Source of the DNA: Mobula hypostoma | Taxonomy: Eukaryota | Direction of reading: 5' to 3' | Assembly (NCBI RefSeq): GCF_963921235.1 | Contig: NC_086109.1 | Span: 21,082,001 to 21,146,000, forward strand | DNA length: 64,000 nucleotides | Shown: positions 62,789 through 64,000 of the stretch, piece by piece | Position numbering within the stretch: the first letter of the stretch is position 1 | How the letters are laid out: each line of letters starts with the position of its first letter | Translations under genes and position numbers: made by a program | Notes under the pieces: model-generated | Database searches by the model: none | What the model saw: only the letters and a program-made list of their open reading frames with translations | Told to the model about the DNA's origin: nothing

Positions 62789-63705
62789 CCATTAATATCC
62801 TTGCTGTAATTACAGCTGCCTGATTAGTCCAACAACTTAAACTCCCTATTTTAATTAAACGTCTGTCTCCACAGAACAGAAAATTAAGCCAATGAAATCT
62901 GAATCCTTCCTGGAGACAAAGCTCTATGAAAATAAGTTCAGTTTTGCTTCATTTTGTCTCACTAAAGCTGGTTGCTTTGGACTAGTTGAAAACGACACAG
63001 CAAGCCTTCAATGACATATCATAAATCATAACCCCGGTGATTTTTACATAAAGGTCGAACTCTTTAAATAAATTTATATTTGAGGAACGTGCTGAGCATA
63101 TCACAGGGAGATCAGCTTTAAACAGGAGAACTTTACAGCCTTTGACATGAATATTTAAATGACATTTAAAAAAAAATCTGCAAGTGAATAGCGATGTATG
63201 GAATGCTTGATATCTAATAGGCTTGTTCTAGAGCTAATGAGTCAAAAAGAAATCAAAAAGGGAAGAGTCTTTATGTTGCACCTTTCAAATCTATGGGATC
63301 GCTCAAAAATGCTTAATGATAATTAAACATTTCTGAAGGTTAGTTGTGTTAAGCAGACAAATATAGCTGCTAGTTTGTGCCCAGCAAGAGTCATAAATGC
63401 AATAACTTGCCAAGCAATCTGCTCCATTGTTATTGGTGTGCGATAAATATTAACTAGGCTAGTGAAACTCTCTTGTTCTTTAAAAATAGTGACAAGAGAT
63501 CCCTCATTGAGGTCAAAAGCAACTCGCTTCAGTGAGACAGAATGCAGGAAAATTGAACTTATTTTCATAGAGTTTTGTCTTCAGAAAAGATTCAAATTTC
63601 ATTGACTTAATTTCCTGTTCAAAGGAGACAGACTTTTAATTAAAATAGTGTGTTTAAGTTGTTGGACTAATCAGGCGGTCATAATTACAGCAAGGATATT
63701 AATGG
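62789..63705. repeat. 194-bp gap-free inverted repeat (arms 62789-62982 and 63512-63705)
   Basis: Manual alignment gives about 26 substitutions and no indels; 529-bp spacer. Confidence 0.92.
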
Positions 63706-64000
63706 AAAATCATAAACACAAGAGATTCAGCAGATGCTGGAAATCCAAAGCAACACACCCAAAATGGTGGAGGAACTCAGCGGGTCAGGCAGCATCTCTG
63801 GAAATAGTTGACTTTTTGGGCTAAGACCCTTCTTCCCTTCTTGGGGTAGGAAAGACAAGCTACACAATGAAATATTTCAAAGAGAATAGTAACGAGTAGA
63901 CATGTTACTAGTGCTGACAAGGTTTGGCTGATGACACCTCTGTCAGTGCAGCACCTCCTCAATATTGAAGTGAATGTCAAGTGACATTTAAAATGCAGCA

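Overview
This is eukaryotic, vertebrate DNA. The repeat content (CR1 LINEs, V-domain and Deu-domain SINEs, Rex1/Babar, RTE, Penelope, Tc1/mariner) suggests a cartilaginous fish such as a ray or shark; this is an inference. Most of the window is decayed and often nested transposon debris, and nearly all listed ORFs are TE fragments or noise. A CpG-rich segment at about 26.4-27.6 kb looks like a bidirectional promoter. From it I can thread two tentative spliced genes of unrecognised product: a minus-strand one (exons near 26.8k, 12.2-12.6k, 3.2-3.3k) and a plus-strand one made of small phase-compatible exons (27.0k, 30.1k, 31.0k, 41.9k, 48.5k, 52.6k). The most notable content is a set of retroelement-borne catalytic or structured RNA motifs: minimal hammerhead ribozymes in three Penelope families, a twister-like motif whose cleavage site coincides with the 5' end of a 251-bp RTE-derived element, and a pseudoknotted 5' RNA domain in another RTE-derived element. 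Also present are a four-level nested insertion, a 194-bp gap-free inverted repeat, and two decayed minisatellites. All calls are by eye; nothing was searched or computed, and boundaries without a target-site duplication (TSD) are approximate.
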